DNA of 64,000 bases from a virus: IMG/VR virus record IMGVR_UViG_3300036780_000414, positions 1 to 64,000 of that record, one strand, 5' to 3'. A program made the position numbers and the translations under genes. This document shows positions 38,307 through 47,090 of this stretch, one piece after another. The notes under the pieces are model-generated. The model worked only from the letters and a program-made list of their open reading frames with translations. It did not search any database and had not been told where the DNA came from. How positions within the stretch are numbered: position 1 is the stretch's first letter; each line of letters begins with the position of its first letter.

Positions 38307-38355
38307 AAAAGACGCGAGACGCCCCCTGCTTTCCGCTCAGGGGGCGTCTCGTTTT
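38307..38355 (+). terminator. Intrinsic terminator (possibly bidirectional)
   Basis: 14-bp perfect stem CGAGACGCCCCCTG/CAGGGGGCGTCTCG + TTTT; AAAA on the left; at convergence of + and - transcription. Confidence 0.85.
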
Positions 38356-38415
38356 ACCGGCTAAGACCAGCTCCCGTGCTGGGAGCGGCAGATCGAGCCT
38401 GGCTGGCCGCCGGGC

Positions 38416-38724
38416 CTACAGGTAGTCAGGGGACGGGGTGACCATCTCCTCGCGCCGCAGGGACGGTGCCGCCTCGGCTTTGCGGGTGCCGGCCAGCCGC
38501 CACGCCGCCGGGAGCGGGAAGCCGGCGGACAGCCAGTCGTCTAGCAGGTCCACGCACTGCACCAGGTCCGCGGACTCCGCTTCGGTCAGGCCGCCGTTCT
38601 CAACGTATGCGTGCAGCAGGTCACGGATCTGATCGTGCAGCATGTCCGGGTCAGGCTGGTCATCGCCGCCTTCCCAGTCGAACAGCGGCTCAGGGCCTGC
38701 GTACTGGTCACCGGGGTCAGTCAT
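38416..38724 (-). CDS. Hypothetical protein
   Basis: LDDWLSAGFPLPAAW motif; coupled ORF. Confidence 0.6.
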   Translation of the reverse strand: MTDPGDQYAGPEPLFDWEGGDDQPDPDMLHDQIRDLLHAYVENGGLTEAESADLVQCVDLLDDWLSAGFPLPAAWRLAGTRKAEAAPSLRREEMVTPSPDYL

Positions 38725-39053
38725 CCGGCTACTTCCCTGATGACGGCGATCTCAGCGACCCGGTAGCCGGTCGGGGTAGAGGTGAGGTGCCATTTCCGGC
38801 AGCCGGGGCAACGGTAACTCCAGCGCTTGACACGCTTCTGCTCCCACAGGCTGGCGACGGCCTGGAGCGCGGACCTCTCGGTGGGGTAGGTGCCCTTGGC
38901 CTGCTTGTTGCAGACGCGGGCCCAGCCGCGCCTGCGGTGCTTGTAGCGGAGCCGGCCGCAGCGCTCGGAGCAGTACAGCTTCTGGCCGCCGCCGAGTACC
39001 GTCGTGTCAGCGTCGTCCCAGCAGAACACGCCCCCGCAGTACAGGCAGACCAT
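38721..39053 (-). CDS. Zinc-finger protein
   Basis: CLYC, YCSERC, YRCPGCRKWHLTS. Confidence 0.65.
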   Translation of the reverse strand: MVCLYCGGVFCWDDADTTVLGGGQKLYCSERCGRLRYKHRRRGWARVCNKQAKGTYPTERSALQAVASLWEQKRVKRWSYRCPGCRKWHLTSTPTGYRVAEIAVIREVAG

Positions 39054-39055
39054 GG

Positions 39056-39268
39056 CTAGGCGTGCTCATGCGGGATGCCGAGCAGGTCCAGTGCCTGCTC
39101 AAGCACCAGGGCGGTGTGCATCTCGAACAGTTCCTCTGCTGAGTCGTTGTCGTCGTCCTGGTAGGCGCTGATGGTGTCGTTGTCCAGCACCAGTACCGGC
39201 AGCGGGCGGCCGAAGTCCCTGGCCCGGTCGCATTCCGCCTTGAGTTCGGCCAGCGTCTGGTAGATCAC
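39056..39268 (-). CDS. Small acidic hypothetical protein
   Basis: GGAGG SD. Confidence 0.6.
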   Translation of the reverse strand: MIYQTLAELKAECDRARDFGRPLPVLVLDNDTISAYQDDDNDSAEELFEMHTALVLEQALDLLGIPHEHA

Positions 39269-39463
39269 GGTCGCTTGTACCTCCGGTCATAGAACAGGGT
39301 GTCGCCTTCGAGGCGCGGCAGCGGGCCGGCGGCCGGGTCGGACAGCTCCCAGCCTGACTCGGTGAGCCGGGGGTAGCCGGGCGGGCACTTATTACCGTCG
39401 TCGCAGACATGGCCTGCGTAGTCGAACCCGCCGGGGCACGTCCTGCGGCTGGACTCGTCGGTG

Positions 39464-39706
39464 TCACGCATCGGTGGCTGCCTCCCTGTTGGTTTCGGCC
39501 GGGACTGCGGCCCGCCTGTCGAGTGCGATCTTCGTGAACAGGCCGACCGAACCGCCCATCGTGCGGAAGTCGGTGAGCGCCACCCACTCGTCGTCGGACA
39601 GCGGCCGGGGGTTGGGTGCCTCGCAGCGGACGCATACCGGGGTGCGCAGGCCAGGTGCACCGTAGACACTGAACCAATGCCGCCGGCCGTACTTGCAGCC
39701 GCTCAT
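39464..39706 (-). CDS. Small Cys/His hypothetical protein
   Basis: C...RH...CVRC..PNP. Confidence 0.55.
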   Translation of the reverse strand: MSGCKYGRRHWFSVYGAPGLRTPVCVRCEAPNPRPLSDDEWVALTDFRTMGGSVGLFTKIALDRRAAVPAETNREAATDA

Positions 39707-40019
39707 GACTGCGGCCCGGTGTGCTCGCACGGGCACAGCGCGTCGGCCAGTGAGTTTCCGGGGAACAGCCTCGCTGAGCACCCGTGCTCTTTGTGCAGCG
39801 ACCAGAGGTGCCAGCACGCCTCGCAGTTCGTAGCGCTAGGCTGGCTGGCCCTCTCGTCAGCGCGGATCATCGGCTCGATCGCCTCGACGATCGCACGGGC
39901 GATCGCCATGCGCTCGCTCAGCGGCACGAACCACTCATCGCCGGACATCATCTCGCTGAGCTTGTTGAAAGCGACCGCGTTGACGCGGTACCCGATGCTG
40001 GCCGGGTCGACGGTGCCGC

Positions 40020-40319
40020 TCACGGGTCCCACCCATGTCCTTGCTCGATCTTGATCCGGGCGAGGAGCCCGGCATCCAGCGCCTGGCCCCAGTACAGGCG
40101 GACACCCGCCTGCACGATGGTCCGGCCGGGTTGCCGGCAAGCGTCGTGGACCTCGTAAGCCCAGCGGCATGCCCCGTCCTTGTAGACCTTCAGCCGGAAC
40201 CTGCACCAGGTGCCGCCGAATGCGATCCGCACATTCGGGTCACCCGCTCGCAGCGGCACGCGCACGTTCACGGTGAACGGCATGTCCGGCAGCAGGTGCG
40301 CCAGCGGGTCGTCAGCCAT
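40020..40319 (-). CDS. Hypothetical protein
   Basis: GGAGG SD. Confidence 0.55.
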   Translation of the reverse strand: MADDPLAHLLPDMPFTVNVRVPLRAGDPNVRIAFGGTWCRFRLKVYKDGACRWAYEVHDACRQPGRTIVQAGVRLYWGQALDAGLLARIKIEQGHGWDP

Positions 40320-40521
40320 TGGTGGCCTCCGGGGTGCCGCTGAGCGTCTTGAGGTAGCCGCCCATTGTGGTCACCGCCTTGATGTCCTGGTCGCCTGGTA
40401 CGCCGGACTCGCGGGCGGCTTGCACCCATTCGGCCACGTCGTCCAGCTTCAGCCGCTGGTGCGCGTAGTCAGGAGCTGGCACCATCGTGACCGGCTCAGG
40501 CTTCGGCTTCTTGATCGGCAT
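40312..40521 (-). CDS. Hypothetical protein
   Basis: Coupled ORF. Confidence 0.55.
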   Translation of the reverse strand: MPIKKPKPEPVTMVPAPDYAHQRLKLDDVAEWVQAARESGVPGDQDIKAVTTMGGYLKTLSGTPEATNG

Positions 40522-40928
40522 CAGGGGGTCATCCCGTCTACTTCGGTCTTGATGCAGGCCGGGCAGTCCACCTTGCCGGTGCCGGGCAGCCCGTTGATCG
40601 GGTGGCCGCACCAGGTGACCGGCGGGATGACCGCGCCTTTCGCCGGGGTGACCAGCCGGTGCACCTGTCCGCCTGCCTGCCCGGTCGGGTGGTCGGTGTA
40701 CGGCACCGACATGACATGGCCGTCGTACTTGCGCCACATCTGGGTGGTCTTCTCCCACAGGCTCGACCCGCGCGGCCCTGAGCACTGGAGGAACGCGGTG
40801 AACGCTTTCAGGTGGCCCTGCTCATTGTCCGGTACGGGGATGTCAGCCATGCCCTCTACGATCGACGGGCGCAGCGGCGTATTGATGTCATCCAGGCCCA
40901 GCCAGTGCTTGATCTCAGCCTCAGTCAC
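40521..40928 (-). CDS. Hypothetical protein with C-terminal Zn-ribbon
   Basis: VH...TWCG...VDCPAC. Confidence 0.6.
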   Translation of the reverse strand: MTEAEIKHWLGLDDINTPLRPSIVEGMADIPVPDNEQGHLKAFTAFLQCSGPRGSSLWEKTTQMWRKYDGHVMSVPYTDHPTGQAGGQVHRLVTPAKGAVIPPVTWCGHPINGLPGTGKVDCPACIKTEVDGMTP

Positions 40929-41115
40929 CGCTTCGCGCTCCTGCCTCGGGCGGCTCCACGGCTTCTACTGTGATGTGCAGGCTGCCGGTCTGCCGGTAGG
41001 TTTCGTACTCGGCGGCGGTCATGTAGATGCGGCCGCGCACGTCAACCGCCGTCATGCCCTCATATGGCCCCATGTCGCAGTAGAAAGCTGAGCTGTAGTC
41101 CAGCTTCGCGTTCAT
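40921..41115 (-). CDS. Hypothetical protein (paralog of 41134-41481)
   Basis: GAGAGAGGG SD; CDxG..RG..YMT motif. Confidence 0.65.
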   Translation of the reverse strand: MNAKLDYSSAFYCDMGPYEGMTAVDVRGRIYMTAAEYETYRQTGSLHITVEAVEPPEAGARSGD

Positions 41116-41133
41116 GATCTTTCCCTCTCTCAG

Positions 41134-41481
41134 TTAGCCGGCGGGGGCTTCCAGGTACGCGGTGAACTTGACCTGAGCGCCGGCCCGGTACTCGTCAAGC
41201 TGCGCGGGGGTTAGAAGCGCGACTACCAGCGCTGCCACGCCGTAGCTGCCGTCCTCGTAGAGGGCGGCAGGGTCAGCGGCCTCATAGCGTGCCGGCAGTT
41301 CCGTGCGCTCCCCCGGCCCGGCTGGCTGCACGGTGACGGTCAGGCCGCCGTTCCGGGTGGCGTCGGCGTGCTCGTCGGTGGTCATGTACGCGGTGCCCCG
41401 GAACTGGCGTGCCAGCTGCCCCTGGTGCTGTCCGGCGTCGCAGAAGTACGGCTCCGGCATGAACTCAAAGCTGGTATCCAC
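41134..41481 (-). CDS. Hypothetical protein (paralog of 40921-41115)
   Basis: GAGAGAGGAG SD; CDxG..RG..YMT motif. Confidence 0.65.
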   Translation of the reverse strand: MDTSFEFMPEPYFCDAGQHQGQLARQFRGTAYMTTDEHADATRNGGLTVTVQPAGPGERTELPARYEAADPAALYEDGSYGVAALVVALLTPAQLDEYRAGAQVKFTAYLEAPAG

Positions 41482-41494
41482 GTGCTCTCCTCTC

Positions 41495-41983
41495 TCAAGA
41501 GCCGACGGGTTCGATCTCAGCTAGGACCGACCCGTACGGCGGGGTTCCGTCCAGGCGGCCCCCCTCTTCGTCTTCTTCTCCGGGCTTGCTGGCGATGTAG
41601 TCCAGGTACAGGCGGTCGCCCGGCTGGCCGGGGACGTGCCGGTTCAGCCATTCCGCCTGCTGTACCTCGCCCTTGAACCGCTTGACCGCTGTCTCGATCA
41701 CGGCGGCGGCGGACTTGAACTGAGCCGGGCCGTCGCCCTCGAAGCTGCTGGCCGCGTACCTGTTGAACCGTTCCCTGGTCCAGTCGGCGTCCACGTTCCA
41801 TTCTGCCTGCGGGGGGATCTCGTGCCCTTCGTCGCACGTCAGCTTGCCGCGCGCCGACGGGGCGTTGTAGTGGGTGCCGCCGTGGCACGATCGCGGGTGC
41901 GGTCCTTCCACGCGGCCCTGGTAGTGGGTGGCGCCGGGCACTACCGCGCCGTAGTGCATGATCTTCAGCACGTAGTCGGTCAC
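41495..41983 (-). CDS. Hypothetical protein
   Basis: GTGA-coupled start. Confidence 0.55.
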   Translation of the reverse strand: MTDYVLKIMHYGAVVPGATHYQGRVEGPHPRSCHGGTHYNAPSARGKLTCDEGHEIPPQAEWNVDADWTRERFNRYAASSFEGDGPAQFKSAAAVIETAVKRFKGEVQQAEWLNRHVPGQPGDRLYLDYIASKPGEEDEEGGRLDGTPPYGSVLAEIEPVGS

Positions 41984-42231
41984 AGCAGAACCTGGTACGT
42001 GTAGTGCTCCACGGCGTTCTCGTCCCGCCAGGTCAGCTTGTCGGTGGACACGGCAATCACCGCGTAGTCGATCGGCCCGACGCCGCTGGGCAGCTTCACC
42101 CAGTTCCCGGCCTTGACCTTCCGGCGCTGCTGCTCGGTGCTGCTGCGCGTGCCCTCCATTGACAGGGTGCGGCTGAACGGCAGGCCGGACACCCTGATCG
42201 TCCCGCCGCTCGGCGTCATCATCTCGATCAT
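41980..42231 (-). CDS. Hypothetical protein
   Basis: First gene after promoter at 42265. Confidence 0.55.
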   Translation of the reverse strand: MIEMMTPSGGTIRVSGLPFSRTLSMEGTRSSTEQQRRKVKAGNWVKLPSGVGPIDYAVIAVSTDKLTWRDENAVEHYTYQVLL

Positions 42232-42264
42232 TGCTGCTTCTTTCCTGTCGTCTCTCACACCACC

Positions 42265-42290
42265 ATTGTACCGCATACATGTGTGGAGTA
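42265..42290 (-). promoter_or_regulatory. Leftward promoter/operator unit
   Basis: - strand TACTCCA-CACATGTA-TGCGG-TACAAT. Confidence 0.75.
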
Positions 42291-42759
42291 CGGTGGGCTT
42301 CGGTGCCTGGCTCACCGGATGTCGTGGCGCTCGCGAACGTCAGCGGTACCGTGCTTGTAGAAGCGGTCCATGACGTCGAACAGCAGGTCGTAGACCTCAC
42401 CGCCGGGCAGGGTCATCTCCACGGTGCCCTGCTCGCGGATGCGCGGGTCGGTGCCGTTGTCGACCAGCCAGCGCTTGAGGCGGGCGTCGTTGCTGTTCCC
42501 GGCCGGGTAGTCGCGGTCGTCTTCGGGTGCTGGCGCGTTCATCCGCCGCCCCCGTTGAATACCTGCTCCTTGGGGTGGGTGCACGCCGGGTCGAGGCAGC
42601 AGTACCGGCCCGGTGCGGGCAGCGGCATGCCGGGGTAAGCAGCCCACATCATCTCCCCGTGCCGCTCAGCGCACGCCGCCCCGTCGACGCAGCGGAACAC
42701 ACCCGGCCGGATCTCCTTGACCTCGCGGATGGTGTTGCACCAATAGCACCTCACCGGGT

Positions 42760-43779
42760 CTACCTCGCCAGCTTGAATACGGTCTTGTCGGATGCGCGCA
42801 GCGGCAGCCCGTCCGGTCCCTTGAGGTACGCGCGGACCCAGGTGAGTTCCTGGGCGCACGCGGTGCAGTGCTTGCCCGTGCCGGATGCGATGGCATGGTG
42901 CCCGTCTGCGGGGCGTTCCTGGTGCCGGTAGTGGCCCTGGACCGGCCAGCGGCAGGAGTAGAACCTGGTGGAGGACTGCCCGTCGCCCGGCTCGGTGACC
43001 CCCGTGATGCGGCGCAGCAGCACCACGCGGACTTCCGCGTGCCTGATCGACTTCTGCGCCCGCTTCCTGGTGCCGACAGGTATACCGCGCTTCTCGCTGC
43101 TGGTGATCTCCATCCCCAGGTATATCCACAGCAGGTGGATAAGCCCGAGGAACGACGCCGTGGACTCATGATCGGCGGGGTTGCGCGGCTTCGAGAACCG
43201 CAGGCCGAACGGCATCAGGGTGGTATGCGTCAGCACCAGCGGGCCTAGCTGGCTGGTGGCCCGCTCACCAGCGGTGGTGTCGGTGTCGTGCCGCCACAGT
43301 GACATCCGCGCGCACGGCAGCAGGTGCTCGCCGCCGTCGTTGCTCCACGTTTCGGTGAATTCCCATGACAGGGCGCGGGCCAGGAACCCGCCGTCGCTGG
43401 TGCCGATCCGCCACGGGTCGTCCAGCCACGCGAACCCCGCCGGGGAGGGGATCTCCCGCTCGTCGATGTGGTCGATGTCCCTCATGGCGTTGTCGTAGGT
43501 GGCCCGCATGTCAGCGACCATGCCGGCGGTCACCTGGTACGTCACCGCCTTGGCCAGGCCCCGGCCGAGCAGCCTCGCCAGCTGGCCCCCGTGCTCAACG
43601 GTGGGGATCACGTCGGGGCCTTGCGGGATGACCGGGTAGAACGACATTGTGTAGCCGTGGTCGGACAGGTTCCGCTGCATGTGGTAGCGGATGAAGTCAG
43701 CCAGGTCCGCGGACGGGCACTGCATCCGGCTGGCCAGCTGCGCGTGGACGTTCAGCACGCCGACCGGGTTCAGGTTCAC
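42760..43779 (-). CDS. Hypothetical phage protein (339 aa)
   Basis: PSPAGF, RVVLLRR, RWPVQGHYR...WVRAYLKGP.G.PL motifs. Confidence 0.7.
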   Translation of the reverse strand: MNLNPVGVLNVHAQLASRMQCPSADLADFIRYHMQRNLSDHGYTMSFYPVIPQGPDVIPTVEHGGQLARLLGRGLAKAVTYQVTAGMVADMRATYDNAMRDIDHIDEREIPSPAGFAWLDDPWRIGTSDGGFLARALSWEFTETWSNDGGEHLLPCARMSLWRHDTDTTAGERATSQLGPLVLTHTTLMPFGLRFSKPRNPADHESTASFLGLIHLLWIYLGMEITSSEKRGIPVGTRKRAQKSIRHAEVRVVLLRRITGVTEPGDGQSSTRFYSCRWPVQGHYRHQERPADGHHAIASGTGKHCTACAQELTWVRAYLKGPDGLPLRASDKTVFKLAR

Positions 43780-44060
43780 AGGATCTGCCTCAGGTTGAGT
43801 ACCAGCGCCCAGATGGCTTCCGGCGGGTACCGGAGGCTGATCCAGTACTCCCTGACTTTCCGCTTGTACTCGGGGGCCTGCTTGCGGTAGCCGGTGACCT
43901 TGACTTCGATCACGTCACCGCGATGGCCGCTGTCCTCGGACAGGATCACCGTCAGGCCGGTCGCGACGACGGTTGTCACCGGCCCGCTGTAGTACTCGAT
44001 CTGCTCCGTGTCGTCCAGCTCAGCGGTGACTTTCCGGTAGCGGTGCACGCTGGTCTTCAC
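43776..44060 (-). CDS. Hypothetical protein
   Basis: Coupled ORF. Confidence 0.55.
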   Translation of the reverse strand: MKTSVHRYRKVTAELDDTEQIEYYSGPVTTVVATGLTVILSEDSGHRGDVIEVKVTGYRKQAPEYKRKVREYWISLRYPPEAIWALVLNLRQIL

Positions 44061-44063
44061 CGC

Positions 44064-44462
44064 TCAGCCCTCCCGGCTGGTGTGCCAGCTGAGCCCGTGC
44101 GGGTGCTGCGGCTCACGGCACCCGCACAGCTGCACCTCACCGATCGCGAGGCTGGCGGGGACGCTGAACAGCGGCTGAAGCCGGTACCTTCGGGTGATCT
44201 CCCCGCCCTTGTCGGCCGGGTAGATGTCGCACCAGTTGCCGGCACCGAAGATCTCGATCACCCTGGCGCGGGCCTGCGCGGCGGTGTCCGCGAGGATCAC
44301 CGCGCAGAACTTCCCGAGTGGCAGGCCACCCAGCTCGGGGGCGGCCAGCTGCACGCGCCCGCTGCGGAGCACGTGGTCACCGCCGAACGTGACAATCCAC
44401 TGCGTCTCCGGCAGCTCGGGTTTCGCTGGCCCGCGATCGGGGCTCGGGTAGTAAGCGACCAT
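44064..44462 (-). CDS. Hypothetical protein
   Basis: GAGAGAGGGAG SD; WIVTFG..H, ARA....FG..WC.IY. Confidence 0.6.
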   Translation of the reverse strand: MVAYYPSPDRGPAKPELPETQWIVTFGGDHVLRSGRVQLAAPELGGLPLGKFCAVILADTAAQARARVIEIFGAGNWCDIYPADKGGEITRRYRLQPLFSVPASLAIGEVQLCGCREPQHPHGLSWHTSREG

Positions 44463-44485
44463 CGTGTTCTCCCTCTCTCCAGGGT

Positions 44486-44776
44486 CTACTGCGGGCCAGG
44501 GAGCCCGGCGGCGAAGCACAGCGCCATGATGACCTGCTGCCGGCTCGGTACGGTCCCCGCCGGGAAGCGAGTCAGGGTGACAGCCTCCGTGCACTGCCAC
44601 AGTGTCTGCCCGATCGCGCTCATCTGCGGGGCCACCACGATCGACCGGGCGTCCTCCCAGGTGACCGGATCCGGGTTGCGGATGCACGCCGTCAGGCGTT
44701 TCTTGATGCCCGTCCCCAGCTCCCGGCCGGTCTCACGCTCGAACTGGGGCCAGGTGAACGGCAGCCCGTCAGACAT
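44486..44776 (-). CDS. Hypothetical protein
   Basis: GAGAGAGAGG SD; TLWQ motif. Confidence 0.6.
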   Translation of the reverse strand: MSDGLPFTWPQFERETGRELGTGIKKRLTACIRNPDPVTWEDARSIVVAPQMSAIGQTLWQCTEAVTLTRFPAGTVPSRQQVIMALCFAAGLPGPQ

Positions 44777-45200
44777 CGGCGTCTTCCTCTCTCTCATCGG
44801 CCGCCCGACGCCGGGCGATGATCTTCATCAGGTACCGCGCTCTCGCGCGGGCGTCTGGGCCAGGGTCTCCCAGGTCCCGCCTGCCGTGCTCAGCTGCCTC
44901 AGCCCCGCTGGCGAACAGCGGCACCGGGGACTGGTAGTCGAATACGGCCGGGTCAATGTCACGCCCGTGCAGCCGCATCGCGAGGTTGTTATCCATGTCG
45001 TGGGTGCCGACCCATCCGGCGCACAGCAGGTCAGGGGTCGAATGGCAGTGGAACAAGCTGAATGCGCCGACGGTTGCCTGCTCGCCCGTCTCCCCGTCGT
45101 ACTGGGGTAGCTTGTCGTATTCGCTGGCCGCCCAGATGCCCGATGGCACATCCTTCCGGTACGGGCAGGACGGGCACGGGCGGGGGCGCACGGTGGTCAT
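44769..45200 (-). CDS. DUF6283-like Cys-rich protein
   Basis: PCPSCPYRKDVPSGIW..SEY.KL..YD...Q, FHCH, LCAGW. Confidence 0.7.
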   Translation of the reverse strand: MTTVRPRPCPSCPYRKDVPSGIWAASEYDKLPQYDGETGEQATVGAFSLFHCHSTPDLLCAGWVGTHDMDNNLAMRLHGRDIDPAVFDYQSPVPLFASGAEAAEHGRRDLGDPGPDARARARYLMKIIARRRAADEREEDADV

Positions 45201-45204
45201 CGTG

Positions 45205-45651
45205 TCACCATCCGGCTGACCGTGAGATGCGGCGGATGACGTGCGCGGTGAACGCGTCCCGGTCAGCGCCGTTGCGCAGCTTCTTGGCGAGCTCCACCAG
45301 CGGGTCCAGCAGCTCGTCCAGCGGGTCGGTGCCCTTAGCTTTCCGCTCGGCGGCTTTACGGGCGAGGTAGGTCTCGGCTGCGATCTCCTCAGCCCGCCAT
45401 GCTTGCAGCAGCTCAGGGTCGGTCTCCCGGCCGGTGTAGGACTGCGGGCCGTAGATCCCGCTGAGCGTACCGTCAGTGTGCTCGATCTTGAACTCGTACT
45501 TGCCGCCGATCGGGTGGCTGCTACGGCCGATTAGGTAGGTGAGGGTGCCTTCGCTGTCCATCCACCCGACGACGCGCTTACCGCTGCTGCCGACCCGCGC
45601 GCCGACGCACGTCCACGTCTCAGTGACCGGCTCAGGCGTGGTCACGGCCAC
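45205..45651 (-). CDS. Hypothetical protein
   Basis: GGGAG SD, GTG start. Confidence 0.6.
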   Translation of the reverse strand: MAVTTPEPVTETWTCVGARVGSSGKRVVGWMDSEGTLTYLIGRSSHPIGGKYEFKIEHTDGTLSGIYGPQSYTGRETDPELLQAWRAEEIAAETYLARKAAERKAKGTDPLDELLDPLVELAKKLRNGADRDAFTAHVIRRISRSAGW

Positions 45652-45998
45652 TGGCTCCCCGCCTCGAACGCGGTACGCCGCCCGGCATCCTCATCGGGCA
45701 GGCTCTGCACCGCCCACTGGCCGACCCGCTGGCCGTTGTCGTCCATGATCCCGCTGCTTAGCAGCGTGCCTCTGAGCATCGGCTCCTCCACGTCCTGGCC
45801 TGCGGGCGGCGCGACGGTGACCATGCCCAGCTCATCGCGGACACCTTGGAACAAGGCGGTCAGCTCTGCGTCCTCGGCTGCCTCCGGGTGCCGTTCGATC
45901 AGCTTGGCCCGGAGTGCTTCGAGCCGCCCGATCGCCCAGGCGGGGTTCCAGTCAGCATTGGGGACCGCTGTGGTAGCTGGCTGCGGGTCAGCGCTCAT
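45642..45998 (-). CDS. Hypothetical protein
   Basis: GAGAGG SD. Confidence 0.55.
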   Translation of the reverse strand: MSADPQPATTAVPNADWNPAWAIGRLEALRAKLIERHPEAAEDAELTALFQGVRDELGMVTVAPPAGQDVEEPMLRGTLLSSGIMDDNGQRVGQWAVQSLPDEDAGRRTAFEAGSQWP

Positions 45999-46554
45999 CG
46001 TCGTTGTCCTCTCCCAGGTAGGGGTCTGCGCAGACCTGGTACTGGCCGAACACCAGCGTCTCGCCGCTGCGGCAGGTGGTGTCAGCGTCGAACGTGACGA
46101 CCCGGCCGAACTTGTCGAGCCAGAAGCGGTCATACTTGGCGTCGTTTGCGGTGAACAGCGCCTCGGGTACCAGGCCGATCAGCCCGGAGTCGACCAGGTA
46201 CTCACCGCCGTGCTGATCGGTGCCGTTGTCAGAGCCGAACGCGTTGAACGCGAGCACCTGCACGCTGCGGGCTACGCCGACCGGCTTGGCGTCGAACATG
46301 CCCGCGTCCTCGATCAGCAGCGGCCACTCGGATTCGGGTACCGCGTAGCAGGGGTCACCGAGGAAGTAGGTGCCGGGCGGTACCCGCACCTCCCAGTCGG
46401 TGGGCTTGTACGTCATCGGGGCGGGCAGCGCGAGCACGCCGAGCCCGGCGTTCCAGCCGCGCTGGTAGTCGTTCTCCGGGTGGCTGTAGGGGTTGGGCCG
46501 GGAGTGGCTGGCGTAGTCTCTGGCCTGCTTGACACCCGTGTCGTAGTCGTTCAC
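45988..46554 (-). CDS. Hypothetical protein
   Basis: GAGAGAGGG SD; YFLGDPCY...VDSGLIGLVP motif. Confidence 0.65.
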   Translation of the reverse strand: MNDYDTGVKQARDYASHSRPNPYSHPENDYQRGWNAGLGVLALPAPMTYKPTDWEVRVPPGTYFLGDPCYAVPESEWPLLIEDAGMFDAKPVGVARSVQVLAFNAFGSDNGTDQHGGEYLVDSGLIGLVPEALFTANDAKYDRFWLDKFGRVVTFDADTTCRSGETLVFGQYQVCADPYLGEDNDDER

Positions 46555-47090
46555 TACGCTGTCCCTCTCTCGGTGTCGAGCTGCTGGCCGGTGCGTGACT
46601 CGGGGCACTGGTAGCAGCGGTAGGTGGCGTCCGGGTGGTGGCCGCCGCTGCTGACCAGCTCCCAGCGGTGCGGTTCGGCGCTGGTGCCGTGGGCGGGTGT
46701 CCAGGTGCAGGTGGCGTACCGGGTCCAGTGGACGAAATGGCTGCTGGCCCCGGTGTTGTGCGCGTGCTGCATCGCGTACGGGAGGACATGATGGTGGGTG
46801 GTCATGTGGTCGAGCCACAGCGGCTCATCCCACGCTGCGGTCAGGTCGCATGCGGCCTCAGCGTCGTCGTGGTCAACCTCGATCGCGCTGTACCCCTGGC
46901 TGCGCAGGTGCGCGGTCAGCTGCCCGGCGGTGCCGGTGAACGTCTCATCGGGGCCGGCTCCCGCGTGGTTGGCGTGGCTCTCGGTGCTGACGCAGGCCAG
47001 CCCCTCGACGCCGTGCGTGACGTGCGTGTCGTAGTACCAGGTGCGCGTGCCTGCTGGCACCTGGTGCTTGAACTTGAACTGCTCGCTCAT
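46554..47090 (-). CDS. His-rich hypothetical protein
   Basis: First gene after promoter at 47114; GAGAGAGGG SD. Confidence 0.65.
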   Translation of the reverse strand: MSEQFKFKHQVPAGTRTWYYDTHVTHGVEGLACVSTESHANHAGAGPDETFTGTAGQLTAHLRSQGYSAIEVDHDDAEAACDLTAAWDEPLWLDHMTTHHHVLPYAMQHAHNTGASSHFVHWTRYATCTWTPAHGTSAEPHRWELVSSGGHHPDATYRCYQCPESRTGQQLDTERGTA

